Positions 12,701 to 27,700 of a DNA stretch of 64,000 nt are shown in pieces. Location: contig CAIIXF020000001.1 of the NCBI GenBank assembly GCA_903813345.2, positions 29,016,001 through 29,080,000 on the forward strand. Direction: 5' to 3'. The first letter of the stretch is position 1; the number at the start of each line of letters is the position of its first letter. The notes below the pieces were generated by a model. That model was not told the origin of the DNA, did no database searches, and was given only the letters and a program-made list of their open reading frames with translations. Source of the stretch: Owenia fusiformis. Taxonomy: Eukaryota. A program made the translations under genes and the position numbers.

Positions 12701-15700
12701 GGTCACTATTTTATCAACCAAAGAACTTGGTGCCCTATAATATCCTCTTTTGTGTTACCTATTTCATGGTGAGGCCTTCTATAGTTTGGCTGTCTAGATA
12801 ATAGAGACCTTAAGATTGCACCAAATAGTAACCTGTACCTGTACGTGAAACATGATGCGCGCGCAACAAATCATGTAACTTTATGCTCCATTCGACACAT
12901 CTGACTTGTTTTATAATCCCGTTGACGTGTAAATTCAATAGCGCCGGCCGTTTTTGTCGTCTTGTTGTGAACCTGTACGCGAAAGATTGTGAGTGAGATC
13001 AGTATTACACAACTATGTACTATTTATTTCACGGTCTCATTCATTTTACACGTGCGGCAAGACGTGAATTTGGCACTTTACAGGTTGGTTGGAACGTGAG
13101 TTTTGAACCATTGATAAATGACTAAAAAAACAATGTGCTGTTTATTTATGTTACTAATTTAAAAGTAACATATCTGTCGAATAGCTGTGTATGTGCTATG
13201 GTTCAATAAATAACGAATCCTATGGGTAAAGTTGCAGTTACTTTCAAGTATGAAATAATGGCAATTCATATTGCCATTATTGTATCACTTAAGTGAAAGC
13301 CATACTGTTCCGGCAGACTAGACTTTTTCGCTTTCTCCTTTACATGCCAGAGTGTTTTGTTCTGTTGTTTGATGTAAAGTATGCGAAAATTTTAAAAAAT
13401 CGAAACCATCAAATATCACTTTTGAAACCATGGAATATCACTTTTAATATAAAAAGTGATATTCAATGCTTTCAAGATTTCTAATATGAAAAAGTGAGAT
13501 TCGATGGTTTCAAAAGTGATATTCGATGGTTGTTTTTGCCAAAATATGATATCTTGATCCACATATCAAATATATCTTCAGGTGATATTCGATCTATATC
13601 CTTGCAACCATGGGATAAGTGCGGGTTATGGGAGGTTCTGTATTTGGGATATATCCTATCTTGCTAAGGGGAATATAGATATCTTACCGAGGGCCCGCAC
13701 GGTCCGAGGTAAGATACCATATTTCTCGAGGGATATACCCCATATTCAAAACCGAGCATCGCATAACTGATTTACCTCATGACAAGTAAGATTTCACGAG
13801 TGCGGTTTTTAGGACACCAATAGTTTTTTAAAGTGTTCTCATTCTCATTATTTTCGAAAAAACCATCAACATTTTGGTCAAAAGAAATGCTACCGTCTGC
13901 TGCATCCATTTTGACAGTTTCGCTTTTGCAAGATACTGTAAAACGGGTATTGTTAGGGAGGGGTAATTGTTAGCGATTGTTAGCGATCGCTATAGTTCGC
14001 TAAAAATTCAATTCGCTAAAATAAACCGGGGTTAAAATAAACCGGGCGCTAAAATTTGCAAATTCCCGGGAAACTACATGAATACTAGTATTTAAGGAGC
14101 TTTTCGTTCAGTGCTCGACTTCCGGTATGTAATTTCAGATAAGTTTGGACCGAAAAATCAACGATTTTAAATGCTACCGTGATTTTGTGATTAGTCAGAT
14201 GAGATTACAGTAGTTTGGACCAATACCATGTGCGTTAGAAGTCTTACATTTTGATAATTCCTCTGTCATGTCCGTTATTCATTCTTCTGCCATAAATGTT
14301 AAAATTTCTAATACATTTCACTTATTTGATTTTTTAAATATTAATCTACATTTCGCTAAAATTTCCCGCGCTAAAACCCCCTAAAATTGAAAAATCGCTA
14401 AAATTTCCCGGTGTCAAAATTACCCGTTTTACAGTATAAGATAAAAAAATTACTGTTTCTATGCTGGTCAAAACCGTTTTCCCCGGAATATTGGAGCGAG
14501 AGGTATACAGCGGGGGATATATATGTATGTACGGACAATCCTATGGTTTTGAAAAATATAATTTATATCCACTCATGGATATCAATATCTTTTCTCATTC
14601 ACTGCGCTCACTTGGGAAGATATCATATATCCACTCATGGACATTAATGGGTAATGATTTCCCTGGGATAAACGGACAATCCAATGGTTTTAAAAAATAT
14701 AATTTATATCCATTCATTGATATCAATATCGTCACTCATCAATTGCGCACGCTCACTCGTGAAGATATCATATATCCACTCATGGATATAAATGATATTT
14801 TTACAAAACCATGAGATATTCCTATATTATCCCGTGGTTGCAAGGATACAGATCGAATATCATGTGAAGATGTATATTTGATATGTGGATTAAGATATCA
14901 TATTTTAGCAAAAAATGTCCCAAACCATCGAATATCACTTTTTAATCAAAATTCTTTTTTTGTTCAAATTTTTTGTCGCATTTTTTGATTTCTTTCAAAT
15001 TATTGTTTGAATTCTTTTGAAAAAAATTCAAATAAAACAAAAAAATTCAAATTTATGTTTGAGCCCAAAACTTAGAAATAGAAAGATAATACTTCATGAA
15101 CGAAAAAAAGTAGGCTGACCTACTGTAGACAGACAGGCGGGCGGGCGGGCGGGCGGGCGGGCGGGCGGGCGGACGGACAGGCTGGCAGACCGATAGGCTG
15201 GCAGACAGAACGACAGGCTAACAGGCTGAACGACATGTTGGCAGGCAGACAGACCACCGTGCTTCATAGTAAGAACCACTACATAAAACAAACAAGTAAT
15301 CAAGCAGATTAACACACAAACAAATCTCCTCAAATTATCAAGAGATAAATATCTACATAGTGTAACATAGTCATTTGAATCATATAATTTTATAATGATC
15401 AATCCTCATTCATCTAACAGTTTTACACATTAACAGGTCCCTTCATCTCTTTACATCAGTATTTTAATCCCGTTGTTTTCTTGTCCTTTGTATATGTTTT
15501 ACTATTCAGTTTCACAATCTATTGTTTCAACCAGTTTTGTTACTTTTCCTTACTGTGTTTCTTTTTATAATGTTTTGTGTCCTATATATGGCAATCGCAT
15601 TCACTCAGTTGAGTTTGGGTGTTGGCCCAGTAGCAGAAGTAGTTGCCTTGTAGTTTTATGAACTGTACATGGACACAGTGTTTTTTAAAATAGATTATTT

Positions 15701-18700
15701 TAGATATTTTAAATACATTTTTCTGTGACTTTTATCTGCCACCCACGGGCCTTCCATCGCCCATTTACAATAGCAACAATTGGAAATAAAAAATCTTTAC
15801 CTCGCCCAAACACCTAGCACCCATTGGTATATCTGTATGCCTAAAGCAAATTACACTTCCCCATACAGAATCACTATGGATATGTGTGAAGGCCGATTTA
15901 AAATATCATACTTTCATCACCAGATACCCACTAATTCCTTGTTTTGTACACGTACACGTCGACGAGTGACTAAGGACTTGTTTTAGGCGCACAAAAGGAA
16001 CATTTAAAAAACCTGTATGTGTACGTGTAATTACAGGTACACGTACAGGTCGTCTGTATATCTTAAGGTCTCTAGTGTTTCTCAATATACAATAAAACTT
16101 GTAAAACCTTAAATGTCAAAATTCATAATGTGAAACTGATCAAATAATATGACATCCCAGTATGCGGTCAACTAAAGAAAGACAAGTTAAGAAGTATCAA
16201 CCTCAGATCACAGGGCTTCAAAATCCAGAATATATTCTTTCTTTTTACCCCCTGCAATATGCAGTTAGCATTTCCCTGATTAAGAACTCGCAATCTGATT
16301 GGCTGTCGCAACTTTACGACACAAATCATGTCATTGCACATAATAAGATCATGTGATTCAGTTTAATCAGGCGCTTCCAAATTCCAAGAAGGAGTTACGG
16401 ATTCTGGACACCTGCTGAGGAGGATGAGAAGTATAAAAGGAGAAAAGTTTTATATAGATTCCTTACATGCACTTATAATGAATTCAAATGACAAAAGAAA
16501 CTGTGTGATCTTAGAAAGGTATGAAATAAGTTCCCTGATTGACAACTACTTGTGTTTCAGCTTCAGTTTTGTCTCTATTAAAAAGGTTCATGTGAATGCA
16601 AGTCACTTTATAAATCACCACCTTTAGATGCCGGTATCCGGTATCCTAAGTACATCGAATAAAAGAAAATAAATTTGTTTTTTCACCTCCCACCCTACCT
16701 TTTTTAGGGTGTTAACAAACATGATTTACTTTGAATGGCCTTACCTGCCATTGATGCTTGTCATCCCTCTTATATAGAACTCTGTACATGATTGGACTGA
16801 TTGATTTATCTCCATTTGGCTCCCAAGTAACATTGATTGCAACACTGCTCTCAACAATGAGCTTCACCTTATTTACAGCATAAGGGACCACTGGAATAAG
16901 ATAATATATTGGCTTTTTAGATAAATGTATGAAGAAAAGCACCAACCATCTCATATTTTGAATTGCGTTACTTGGTAAAAAGTGTTTTAGGTTTTCATAT
17001 ATACAAATAATTGACTTAGAATTGGCCTTAACATTGATTGCAACACTGCTCTCAACAATGAGCTTCACCTTATTTACAGCATAAGGAACCACTGGAAGAA
17101 GATAATACATTGGCTCTCTAGATATTACTTAAACTTCATCTCAATTGTGCAACAGTTCAAGTGTAAATGTAAATCATAGAGCGGGTAGGTGGTTAAATAC
17201 TGTTTAAGGGTGTTCCTTGGGTGTTTGTGTAGAGTGCTATGTCCACCATAAGGCACCAGCATATAAATCTGAACCAAATCCATTGACTGGTAGATAAGAT
17301 CAGAGATTACCAAAAAATGGCAGCCATTTTGAATTCAGTTGCCATCTTGGAAAATTCTTTTTGAGTGGAGTCCTTTGTCCCTAAGGCATCAGTATTTTAA
17401 TTTTGATCCAAATATACTGGTATCTGAGTTATCAAAAATTTGGATAATATCTAACTTTTATTGACAAACAATATAATTACTACAACTAATTAATTATACA
17501 ATAATCTATATTTACTAACATGCAGTGATGCAATTATAGTATTATCAGGAGCTCTGCAATTGATATGATATGTACATTTGTACATGCAGAAAGATGTACT
17601 TAAGAGCAGAAAACAAACACACTTTTGTGTGATAACAATTGATTAATAAGTACAAAAACACGGAGATTCAATAAAGGAACCATAAAAAGCTCAATAAGCA
17701 AATATGGCAATGTGATCCACTATATAAATGCATTGTGAGAATAATGGGTGGGGTTCTAGAAAATTAAAATCAGGAAAACAATAAGACACAGGGTGAACTG
17801 CACCCTTTGAACCTGTAGAAAAGCCTCAACAGGCAAGATTTAAGGATTGAAAATCCAAAATGGCTGCCTTAACATTTACCAAGAATGCTCAAAAACTAAT
17901 CAGTTCTAAACGTTCACATGTAGAAATATCCCTAAAATTTCAGACGAATCCATGAAACAGTTAGAAACCTGTAGAAAAGCCTCAACAGACAAGATTTTAG
18001 GGTGAAAAATTCAAAATGCTGACCTTAACATTTACTCAGAATGCCCAAAAACTAATCAGTTCTTAAGTTTTATACATACTGTACATACAAGCTTATAAGT
18101 AGTTGGATGTGTAGAAAACATAGCATCCTCTAATATACTAAAAGACAATACTTGTGATGATTATGTCTCAAACAAGATATATCTGTTTCATTTCAAGAAT
18201 GCATAGAGTGCAATAAGGGATTAGTAAAATTAATAATGTTAAGCAGCTAAAAATTACCTAGACACCAAGTCTGATATGTATATTTCATCCAAAACAAAAA
18301 TGGTAGTGGAAGTCACAAAGTTGCTCCTTCTTGGCACTTTGGATTTCCAAGGTATGGAATTCCAGGGTATGAGGTTTTCAAAGTTTTTTTTATTGAAAAT
18401 CTAACATGTAATCTAACTATAAGTATTTTCTCACCCAAAATACAAGATTTCTCATTAAAATAATATGTTTTTTGAAAGGTCCCAAAAAAACATGGATAAT
18501 GACAAAACACTTTTATAACTGTCTTGTTTTCTGAAAGTGGGTTTTTATTGCAAAGGGCCTTAGGAGATTTTATTACATCAAGAGATTTTCAAAGTCAAAA
18601 TGAAGCTATTTAAATGTTGGTTACCAAAATTCAGCTGATAACAATGAATATGTTGAATTTTAATGCAATTCCCCTTTCAGATGTTTATGACACCAAAAAG

Positions 18701-21700
18701 TTTTCATAAAAAAAGAAAATAAGGAAAATATTTTCAAAAATATGTTGAAATGGGATCCTAAACAATGGTTTTTTAGAGAGTTGGATTGATATATATATCC
18801 TAATTACATCAAAAGAAAAAATTATTATAATAGTAAAGTGTTGGACTGAAATATGGTGAGAATATAGACATGGTCAAAGACAGTACTGCATAAAATCATT
18901 CCCTATACCATAAATTCCCTATACCATAAATTTTCTTACCTTCAGGAATCTCCAAATATAAAGTCCAGATATTTTAAGCGACATTATCTACATGTACATC
19001 ATAATTGCCATTTTGTTTCTTGGGTGAAAATATCCATATGAAAGGAGAAACCCATGATTTTGTGTATACTCATTCAGTGGTGGATCCAGGAACCAACAAG
19101 GGGGGCCCAAATTTTCGGTCAGAGAAAAAAACGTCCGCGCTTGCGCAGAAAAAAAATTTGGGTCCCTAAAACCAAAAAGTGGGCCAACTTTTTGGGGCCT
19201 TAAGGCCGTTTTTGGCCCAAAATTTTTTGAGCCCAATTTCCGGATCCGCCACTGTCATTTGTGTGTATTAAGAATATACACATTTGGCTGATTTCAGTAT
19301 CTCAGTCTAAGACCAACAAGTCTGTGAAAGCAGAACAGCTGAGACAAAAGGCTTTATGAAAAAATCATCTTGGTGTCTAATTGATCTAAAAGGCAATAAA
19401 TCTTATTTATAACATACCTATGATGATGTATTGTGCAAAGTGTACACAAGACAGCGGGCCAATATAAGTTTTGAAAAGCCCGCGCCCGCTAACTTTCTGA
19501 TTGGTCAAGGCGCTGACGTCATAACCAATCAATCGAAGATAAAACTGCGCGAGCAATTTTTCTAAACTCATTTCAATCATTTTCAAACCATTCGTTTGTC
19601 AATTCTTTAAGAAAACGGTACGCTCTGACAAGTATACATCATCATAGGTATGTTATAAATCGTTTATGTCACTATCGTGGCACATATACCCTCGGTTCTC
19701 AGAGATCAATGTCCCTCCCAAGGTCGGGCCATATATCACTGAGACCTCGGGCATATATGCTACGATAGTGACATAACCTCTAATTATTGTAGCAAGGCTT
19801 TCCATATGAATGCAGGTAGATTAATTAATGCATACTACTCTATATAAGAAAGCATTTAAGCACCAGTCACCAACCAGCATTTAGAAGTTAACACTCACTA
19901 TTTGCTTCCATGTCTATGCTCTCTCTTGCAGTGGTTTTACCAATATCATTGATACAATCAATTTGTAAATAAAGGTAAAGCCTGGCAGAAATATGAGTAA
20001 AGTTACAATGATTTGAAGAACAGATGCAATTGGATTTATCTTCCCCATCTTCAGATGAACATGGTGTCAATCCTCCAAAGTTTGGGTGCCTGCAAAAACA
20101 CAAAAGTTAATATGACAACACAAATAATAGATTTAATAATAAATACTCACTGTGATCCTTCATAACTATCTGATGATGATGTTGGGGAAGTTCTCCAAGC
20201 TCATTCCTTATTGTCAGAAACAAATACAATATTTGCTGACTAGCAGACTAGCTACAATCCTTGAGAAATAGCAATAATTCTCAGTACAGCTGCACATGGA
20301 TTCAGTTCCACCACATTGATGCAGTTTACCGCGAAATCTGTAAAAAGATCTGCATCTGCATACAAAAGTGAATCCCTTCTCAGATTTAAAATCTAAACCT
20401 TTCAATAGCGAATAGAATCAATAATTCCCAGTCCTCTGAAGTTTGAATGTATGTACCTGGGTGTTAATCCATAGATAATCCTTGAAAATGAGAAATATTT
20501 TTGGGGATTATATAAAGCAATCTTATACAGTGCGTATCGAAAAAATTGCAACAGATTGTTATCTCGGAAAAGCACAAAACCAGTGATAACAGCATTGTTT
20601 TCATTTCATGCACCATAAAGCCACGCATCTCCTTTTTACAATGATATATCATTCATTGATATTTGGTCATGGTTGGGCGAGTAATCATTCCATTTGCAAA
20701 GTGGGCCAAAATTAACTTGGGACCAAGTTATAAACATCGCAAAAGTCAGTGTACGGAGCCCGATGCAATATTGGAAGGAAACATACAACCAATGCTGACT
20801 GCATCCTTTTTTTTCAATGTACCAAAAAGCCAAATTACTCCTCTTTGCAATGAAATATCATTCATTCACAGAGAGTCAATTGGCTGGCCAAATAATCATT
20901 AATTTTGCAAAGTGGGGCAAAATTCAGATCCGACCCAAGTTTTAAACATTGCAAAAGTCAATGCAAGGGACATAGGGGCTATTGTAAAAAGGTGTGACAA
21001 GTGTGGCATAGACAGTAAAGTGTTCATACTCATACTCTTGCAAGAATACATCCTATAACCCTACTCCAAATTGCCACCACTTCCTTGCACATAGAGATGC
21101 GCTCATCTGTCCATGTCATGCATGGTTCAGCCCAGAGTCATCTGTGGGTTAAGGCAGAGAAAAGCAGCCCATGGGCAATTCTTTCTCGAGGTTTTGCAAT
21201 ATCTGGTGGAGGAATTGTGAGCACAGATGCTCCTGAGATAGCTCCAAATGAAAAAGTCACAGCAATTCAAGTCAGGGGAACTTCCATTGGCACTTAGCCC
21301 TTGCACTGATTTTTGCAATATCTAAAACTTGGCCCAGAGTTTAGGTACATTGAATGAAATTCATGTAGTCATCACTAGTTTTGTGATTTTACGAGATAAC
21401 TACTTGTTGCGTTTTTTTGATACGTCCTGCTATACACGTAGTCAATAAAATCTTTTAAAGAGTATTGATGTTTTTTGGATGAATGACATAAGTGAAATGC
21501 TTGAAAAAACTCCCACGATTCATTCTACAAACAACTCCCCTTCTTTGCGTCCTAATAAATGATCATTTTTATAAGTGTTTCAAAATTTATTGTTGCAATG
21601 ATACTAGTTTTTTGTAAGCTACAGTACATATTAGTCCACTGTGTTCAACAACAAAGTTACAACTACAGTTAAAAAAAATAGACAGATAGTTGTTTTTTAA

Positions 21701-24700
21701 AGTTACAACTCCAGTTACAACAAAAGATTGGATGAGTTGAAAACAACCAACAAGATGCTATCGGAACAGCTTTACGTTTACATGTTGAATAAAGAAACTA
21801 TTCATGTGTAACTCGAAATACTGAAAATACTCATGGAAAGTTATTATCAAAATAGACAATGAAATATAAATATCCTCTTTGTTGTGGTTAGACTTCAATA
21901 TTCCAGCATTGTCAATGTGAAAGCAGGAGAATAGACATCTTCTATTTTTTTCATTTTCATTGACTCACACACTTTGAAGGTGCCCAGAAAGCATCTCAAA
22001 AGTGTAAAATTTTGTTTGGGGAAAACAGTTTCAAAACAATTGAAAAGTTTGGAAGCTGCATTTGTTATTTGAAACACTTTAAAAGTGCCCAGAAATCACC
22101 AAGTGACATAATGAAATCATAAAAATTTCTGGCACCCCAACCTAAAAACTAAAGCATTCATTTACCCTAACACATTAAAAGTGCTCAGAATTAACCAGAC
22201 AGCATCAAGAATTAGTAAAATTTTCCTGCCCCCTTTAAAATTGATTCTATTGAATAAAACACTTGAAAATGTCCAGAAATCACTGGATGTGATCTTGAAC
22301 TTGTAATAGTTTTGGGTAAACATTTATGCCCTCGAGCATACCCTCCCCCTATTCTAATATTTCAAGTGTCTTGTGGGCATGATGCTGTATACAAAACTAC
22401 AAGAAACAAAGTTGATGTGCCTTCCTACTTGTCTTTGGTGTACACTGTTTCCAGACACAGGATACTTTGGCGTGCAGAGCTGTACAAGAGCACCTTTCCA
22501 TAAAGTCGGCAAAAAATCGATAAATGGGCGGGGCAACCTGTCAATCATTATAGCAGTGACGTCACTCGCGGACTTTTTTGGATGATTTACTCATCTAATT
22601 TGGCACTTGACAAGTGATCATTGAGGTACGCACGGGGATGAATCTTGTTAACTATACAAAATGGTGAGTTACATTTTATACTTATCTTTTCTTTATAATA
22701 TCAAGGGTCTCACCTGTATTGTTTTATTTCAAAACAATCCATTCAGATCACCTATCAGATGCAAATAAGTCCTGATTGATTGAAATTTTCCTCTCCGAGA
22801 TTTCAGTCTTTCAAAACTGCCATCCAGTCTAAGCTTAGGCTACTGTAGTTCAACGTCGTTAAACTCAATAACGGCGTTCTTTATTATTAGGAACTTTCTT
22901 GGGGCCATTATTGAGTTTAACCTCCTTACTATTCTTTCCTTTGATGCAAGTACTGAATCCATCGAAACCATTTTTCCGCGATAACGTGCAACTGATACTT
23001 AACAATAATATAAAAACACATAACATCAAGCGATTTAACACAATATTATTGTGTTAAATGTTCATTTATACGAGTAAAATTAGGCTACACTTACCAATCT
23101 CTAAAGTGACATTTCCGCATGTCAGTCATTGTGTCTGTTCGTCTGAGTGTTCCGGATCGTAAAATTAAACTACCAGCGAAACGAAATTGTTGTCAAATAG
23201 ATTGATAATTATTATCGCGATTACTCGGGATAAAAAGATCAATTTTGAGGATAACAGGTATCTTTGATTAATTTATATAGCGCGTATATACACGCAAAAT
23301 AGTTATTAATTGCAAACCAACTGTTCGTTAATGCAGTGCCGTGATGACGGTTAATTCCTGAAACGATTTGCAATTTCGATGTTACCGAAACTGACCGACA
23401 TTTTCGTCATATTCCAAACCTGTCTCCAATATTTTCGTAATTATGCATCAATAGGGTCTAAGGGGGATACGGGACGGGGTGTATGTGTTTATAAGGTATG
23501 TATGCATGCTTGAATCACATTCTTTGTGTAATATTGCCATGTTTTCAGGGTTCAATTAGTTCCGCATGTCGAAACCTGCTGAACGATTAAATTAACGCAT
23601 CAAAGGCAAAATGGTCATGGAGGTTAGACCTAGCCGGGCCATAACACATGTCAGATAAGAAACGAGGCCCGGGCTAGGTCTAATGTTGTTGGACTAAGGC
23701 TACTGATGATAGAATAGGGATAAAGGAATTTTTCAGATAAGCCTTAATTAAGCTGTTTCCTCCTGTTCATCCTGCAATTGTTTTGATGAGTTCAAATGAT
23801 GAAACATATATTCCTGCATACGTTTTCACTTGTTGAGCACTTGTCAACATTACCATTTACTTATTATTGAGGTGTTTAACAGGGGTCCACAAAAATTAAA
23901 AAATATTAGATTTTGATATTTTTGAAGTTTACAACGGATTATCTACTTATGAATCAGATTTTGGGAAGGTTATTAGCATGACATGCTTTTATCTAGCATG
24001 ATTTTATCTGTTTAATTGAAAATAAGATCGTCTGTCTGATTATATTTTGCATTCAAAATGATTAAAAATAATTGTTCCATTAAGTTCACTTTCTTTTAAC
24101 ATCATCTTGTTTTTTGTTGATCCGCCAATTGTTTTGATATCTTTAAATGATAAAACATATATTCCTACATACGTTTTCACATGTTGAGCACTTGTCAACA
24201 TTACCATTTACTTATTATTGAGGGGTTTGACAGGGGTCCACAAAAATTAAAAAATATTAGATTTTGATATTCTTGAAGTTTACAACGGATTTTCTACTTA
24301 TGAATCGGTTTTGGGAAGCTTATTAGCATGACCTATTGATTTTTTCTGTTTAATTGAAAATAAGATTGTTTGTCTGATTATATTTTACATTCAAAATGAT
24401 TAAAAATAATGGTTCCATTTAGTTCACTTTCTTTTAACATCATCTTGTTTTTGTTGATCCGCCAATTGTTTTGATATGTTTAATTGATAAAACATATATT
24501 ACTACATACATTTTCACCTGTTGAGGACCTGTCAACATTACCGTTTACTTATTATTGAGGGGTTTAACAGGGGTCAACAAAAATATTAGATTTTGATATT
24601 TTTGAAGTTTACAACAGATTATCTACTCATTAATCGGCTTTTGGAAAGTTTATTATCCCATCGAACAAAGTTCAGTAGGGATAGAGTGAAGCCCTCCCTC

Positions 24701-27700
24701 CGTCCGTCAGTCAGTCCGTCAGTCAGTCAGTCAGTCCATCCGTCCATCTGTCTGGAAGATAACCTGAATACTAGTAAACAGATTTTCTTCATATTTGGTG
24801 GAAAGATGTATATTGGTGAATAGTAATACGCAAAAAAAATTCAAGATGGCCGCCAGTTTAAAAATGGCAGGAATTTTACGCAAAAATCTTATGTTTTTCA
24901 TTTTAAACCAAAATAAGAAACATTATTATTTGAAATATTGGTAGTATATTAACGATATCTATTTCACATATATCCTGGATATTTCACCCTGACCCCCAGG
25001 TGCCGTAAATGGGGGGGGGGGGTGGGAAAACACAAATTTGCATTAATTTTGAGATGTTTTTGAAGTGTAGTTTTATTATACTCAAATGAAAGGCAATTTA
25101 GAGTAGATTGCAAATATTGTAGCGTTTTTCTGATTCGGGCCTCAAAAAATTCAAAATGGCTGTCTAATGCGGGATTTTGCAATTATTATATTTCTTAAAA
25201 GTATGGCTATATTATACTCAAATTGAAGGAATTTCAGAGTAGATCACAATTATGGCAGTGTTTTTCGGATTTATGCCTCTGAAAATTCAAAATATCCGAC
25301 TAGAGCAGAAATTCGCCATTACTTAGAGTCATCTTTAAAGTATGGTTACAATGATCTAAAATATTTATTGAAGGAAAGAGTAGATGGTAAATATTACATT
25401 GTGACTGTACAGATTGATGAATTATATGGTGTTCGTTGGGATTTGCTACTCCGTGAAGTTGCCATTTTCTAATTAGTATGACGTATTGATCTTATCTGTT
25501 TAATTGAAAATAAAATCGTCTGTCTGATAATATTGTGCATTCAAAATGATTAAAAACAATGATTCCATTTACAGTTCATTTTCTTTTAACATCATCTTGT
25601 TTTTTGTTGATCCGCCAATTGTTTTGATGTTTAAATGATAAAACATATATTCCTATATACATTTTCACCTGTTGAGGACCTGTCAACATTACCATCTCCT
25701 TATTATTGAGGGGTTTAACAGGGGTCAACAAAAATATTAGATTTTGATATTTTTGAGGTTTACAACAGATTATCTACTCATTTATCGGCTTTTGGAAAGT
25801 TTATTAGTATGACATATTGATTTTAGCTGTTTAATTGAAACTAAGATCGTCTGTCTGACTATATTTTGCATTCAAAATGATAAAAAATAATGGTTCCATT
25901 AAGTTTCACTTTATTTTAACATCATCTTGCTTTTCGTTGATCCGCCAATTGTTAAATGATATGTTTATTTGATAAAACATATATTCCTACATACGTTTTC
26001 TTCCGTTGAGGACCTGTCAACATTATCGTTTACTTATCATTGAGGGGTTTAACAGAGGTCCATAATAATGAAAAATATTAGATATTGACACTTTTGAAGT
26101 CTACAACGAATTATCTACTAATGAATCGGCTTTTGCATTTAAATTATAATCTAAGATGAATTAAGAATTTATTCCCGCTATTTATAAAATTAGATTTTAA
26201 CATCAATAAAGCATATGATATGATGTGGGGTGAAAGGATATATGATTTTTGCAATACAGGCTATCTCTGCAAGCACATAACTTTAGTAATAGATTATTTT
26301 ATTTAGTAGAAAATAGACTATCCCATGAGGCAATGCTAGAACCCAAACGCTCTATATTGAAATTAATAAATGCCGCCTCGCCCAATATTTTTTTCTCGAA
26401 TAGGTATTCTGCCATATCAAGCTCCTGATCATCCAGTATTTGTTTAATATTGCCCGCAGAAATTAGGTTATTAGTATTACCACAGTTAATGCCCAGAGCT
26501 GAAATAGCAAAAATTATATGCATTGAAAGATATGTCATTTCCCGGGGAAAATTGCCGGGCGTTAATGCATAATTGGCCCGCAACTATGGCCCGCCACTAT
26601 GACGTCACATATTGCTCAGATCGATAAAGTAACATAAATGCCTTCTAAACTAGCACTAATACCCCTATAACACTCCCGGCAAGGTGGTAATAATAGTAAT
26701 TGATCTGGGTACTATCCACAAAAATATTCATCTTTTTGAATTAGACTTGAATTAAATTTTCAATAAATGAAAATCTGAACCATTTTAAGATATTCGAAAA
26801 ATTCAGAAACTGCAAATAATTCAATTATAACTATTTAAAACAATTTAGATTGCTAGGATATGATAATAACCTTAAAAGTAAACAATTGATTAGTTATATC
26901 AATCATTGTGATTTTAGAGCCCAAATATTATCTCGTTTTACAGTTTCAGTTGTATAAATCTTCTTGCTGTCAACGTATTTATAGATACACTTATTTAGTG
27001 CCTGTTTATAATTATACCGACATTATTGTAATATTGAAATCATATGAGTAATAAAGATCCCCAAGTGGAGGCCAATGTCCCCCCCCCCATTTGTGACATG
27101 GCCTCGTACGAATTAGGTTGTAGACATCAGGATGAAACCTGTTTTCATGATTTATACACCTTAATGATGTAATTTAATCGTAACAATGTACTAGCTTTCC
27201 ATCTAAGAACTATCCGGAAAAATATTTAATTTTCGTAAAATAGACCCCTGCTGAAATCGTTCATAAATGAAGTTCTGTAACCTTGTATGGTGCACAAAAA
27301 TTCACGAATGGTCAATGATATAATCCTAACTAGCAAAAGCAAATTAAAAACATAAGGCTGTAACAATAAGTTTAAAAAAAATTATACAGTGTTTGATGAG
27401 GTATACCCCCCACTGTGAACTTGGATTCCATTTTGATCTAACTTTTCAGTTGAAATTTTACATTATGCTCTTGATATATAATAATTCATACTTTTTGCAC
27501 TAATTTATTATCTATTTACAAGAAATCTTTTAAAATGATTATTTCTTTAAAAAATGGACCCCTGCTTAAATCTCAAATAAATGATAAATGGTAATGTTGT
27601 GTGGTTCTCAACAAGCAATACCATATTCAATGATATTAAATCTATCAATGTAATCTATAAAAATGATTGCAACTTGAACAGGAGGTAATTTTAAAATTAT

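Larger units (their letters stand above)
12802..16074. mobile_element. Non-autonomous TIR element (Harbinger-like) with nested insertions
   Basis: TAGAGACCTTAAGAT / ATCTTAAGGTCTCTA; subterminal ACCTGTAC repeats; internal inverted pair ~13518-13618 / ~14828-14943. Confidence 0.7.

Noticed and set aside
15094-15402. 102-aa ORF with PPAR repeats
   Set aside because: Translation of the (GGCG)n microsatellite.
20636-21000. Cys/Trp-containing frames as additional receptor exons
   Set aside because: They are internal tandem units of the Tc1/mariner relic, and exon 40684-40813 already supplies the needed phase.
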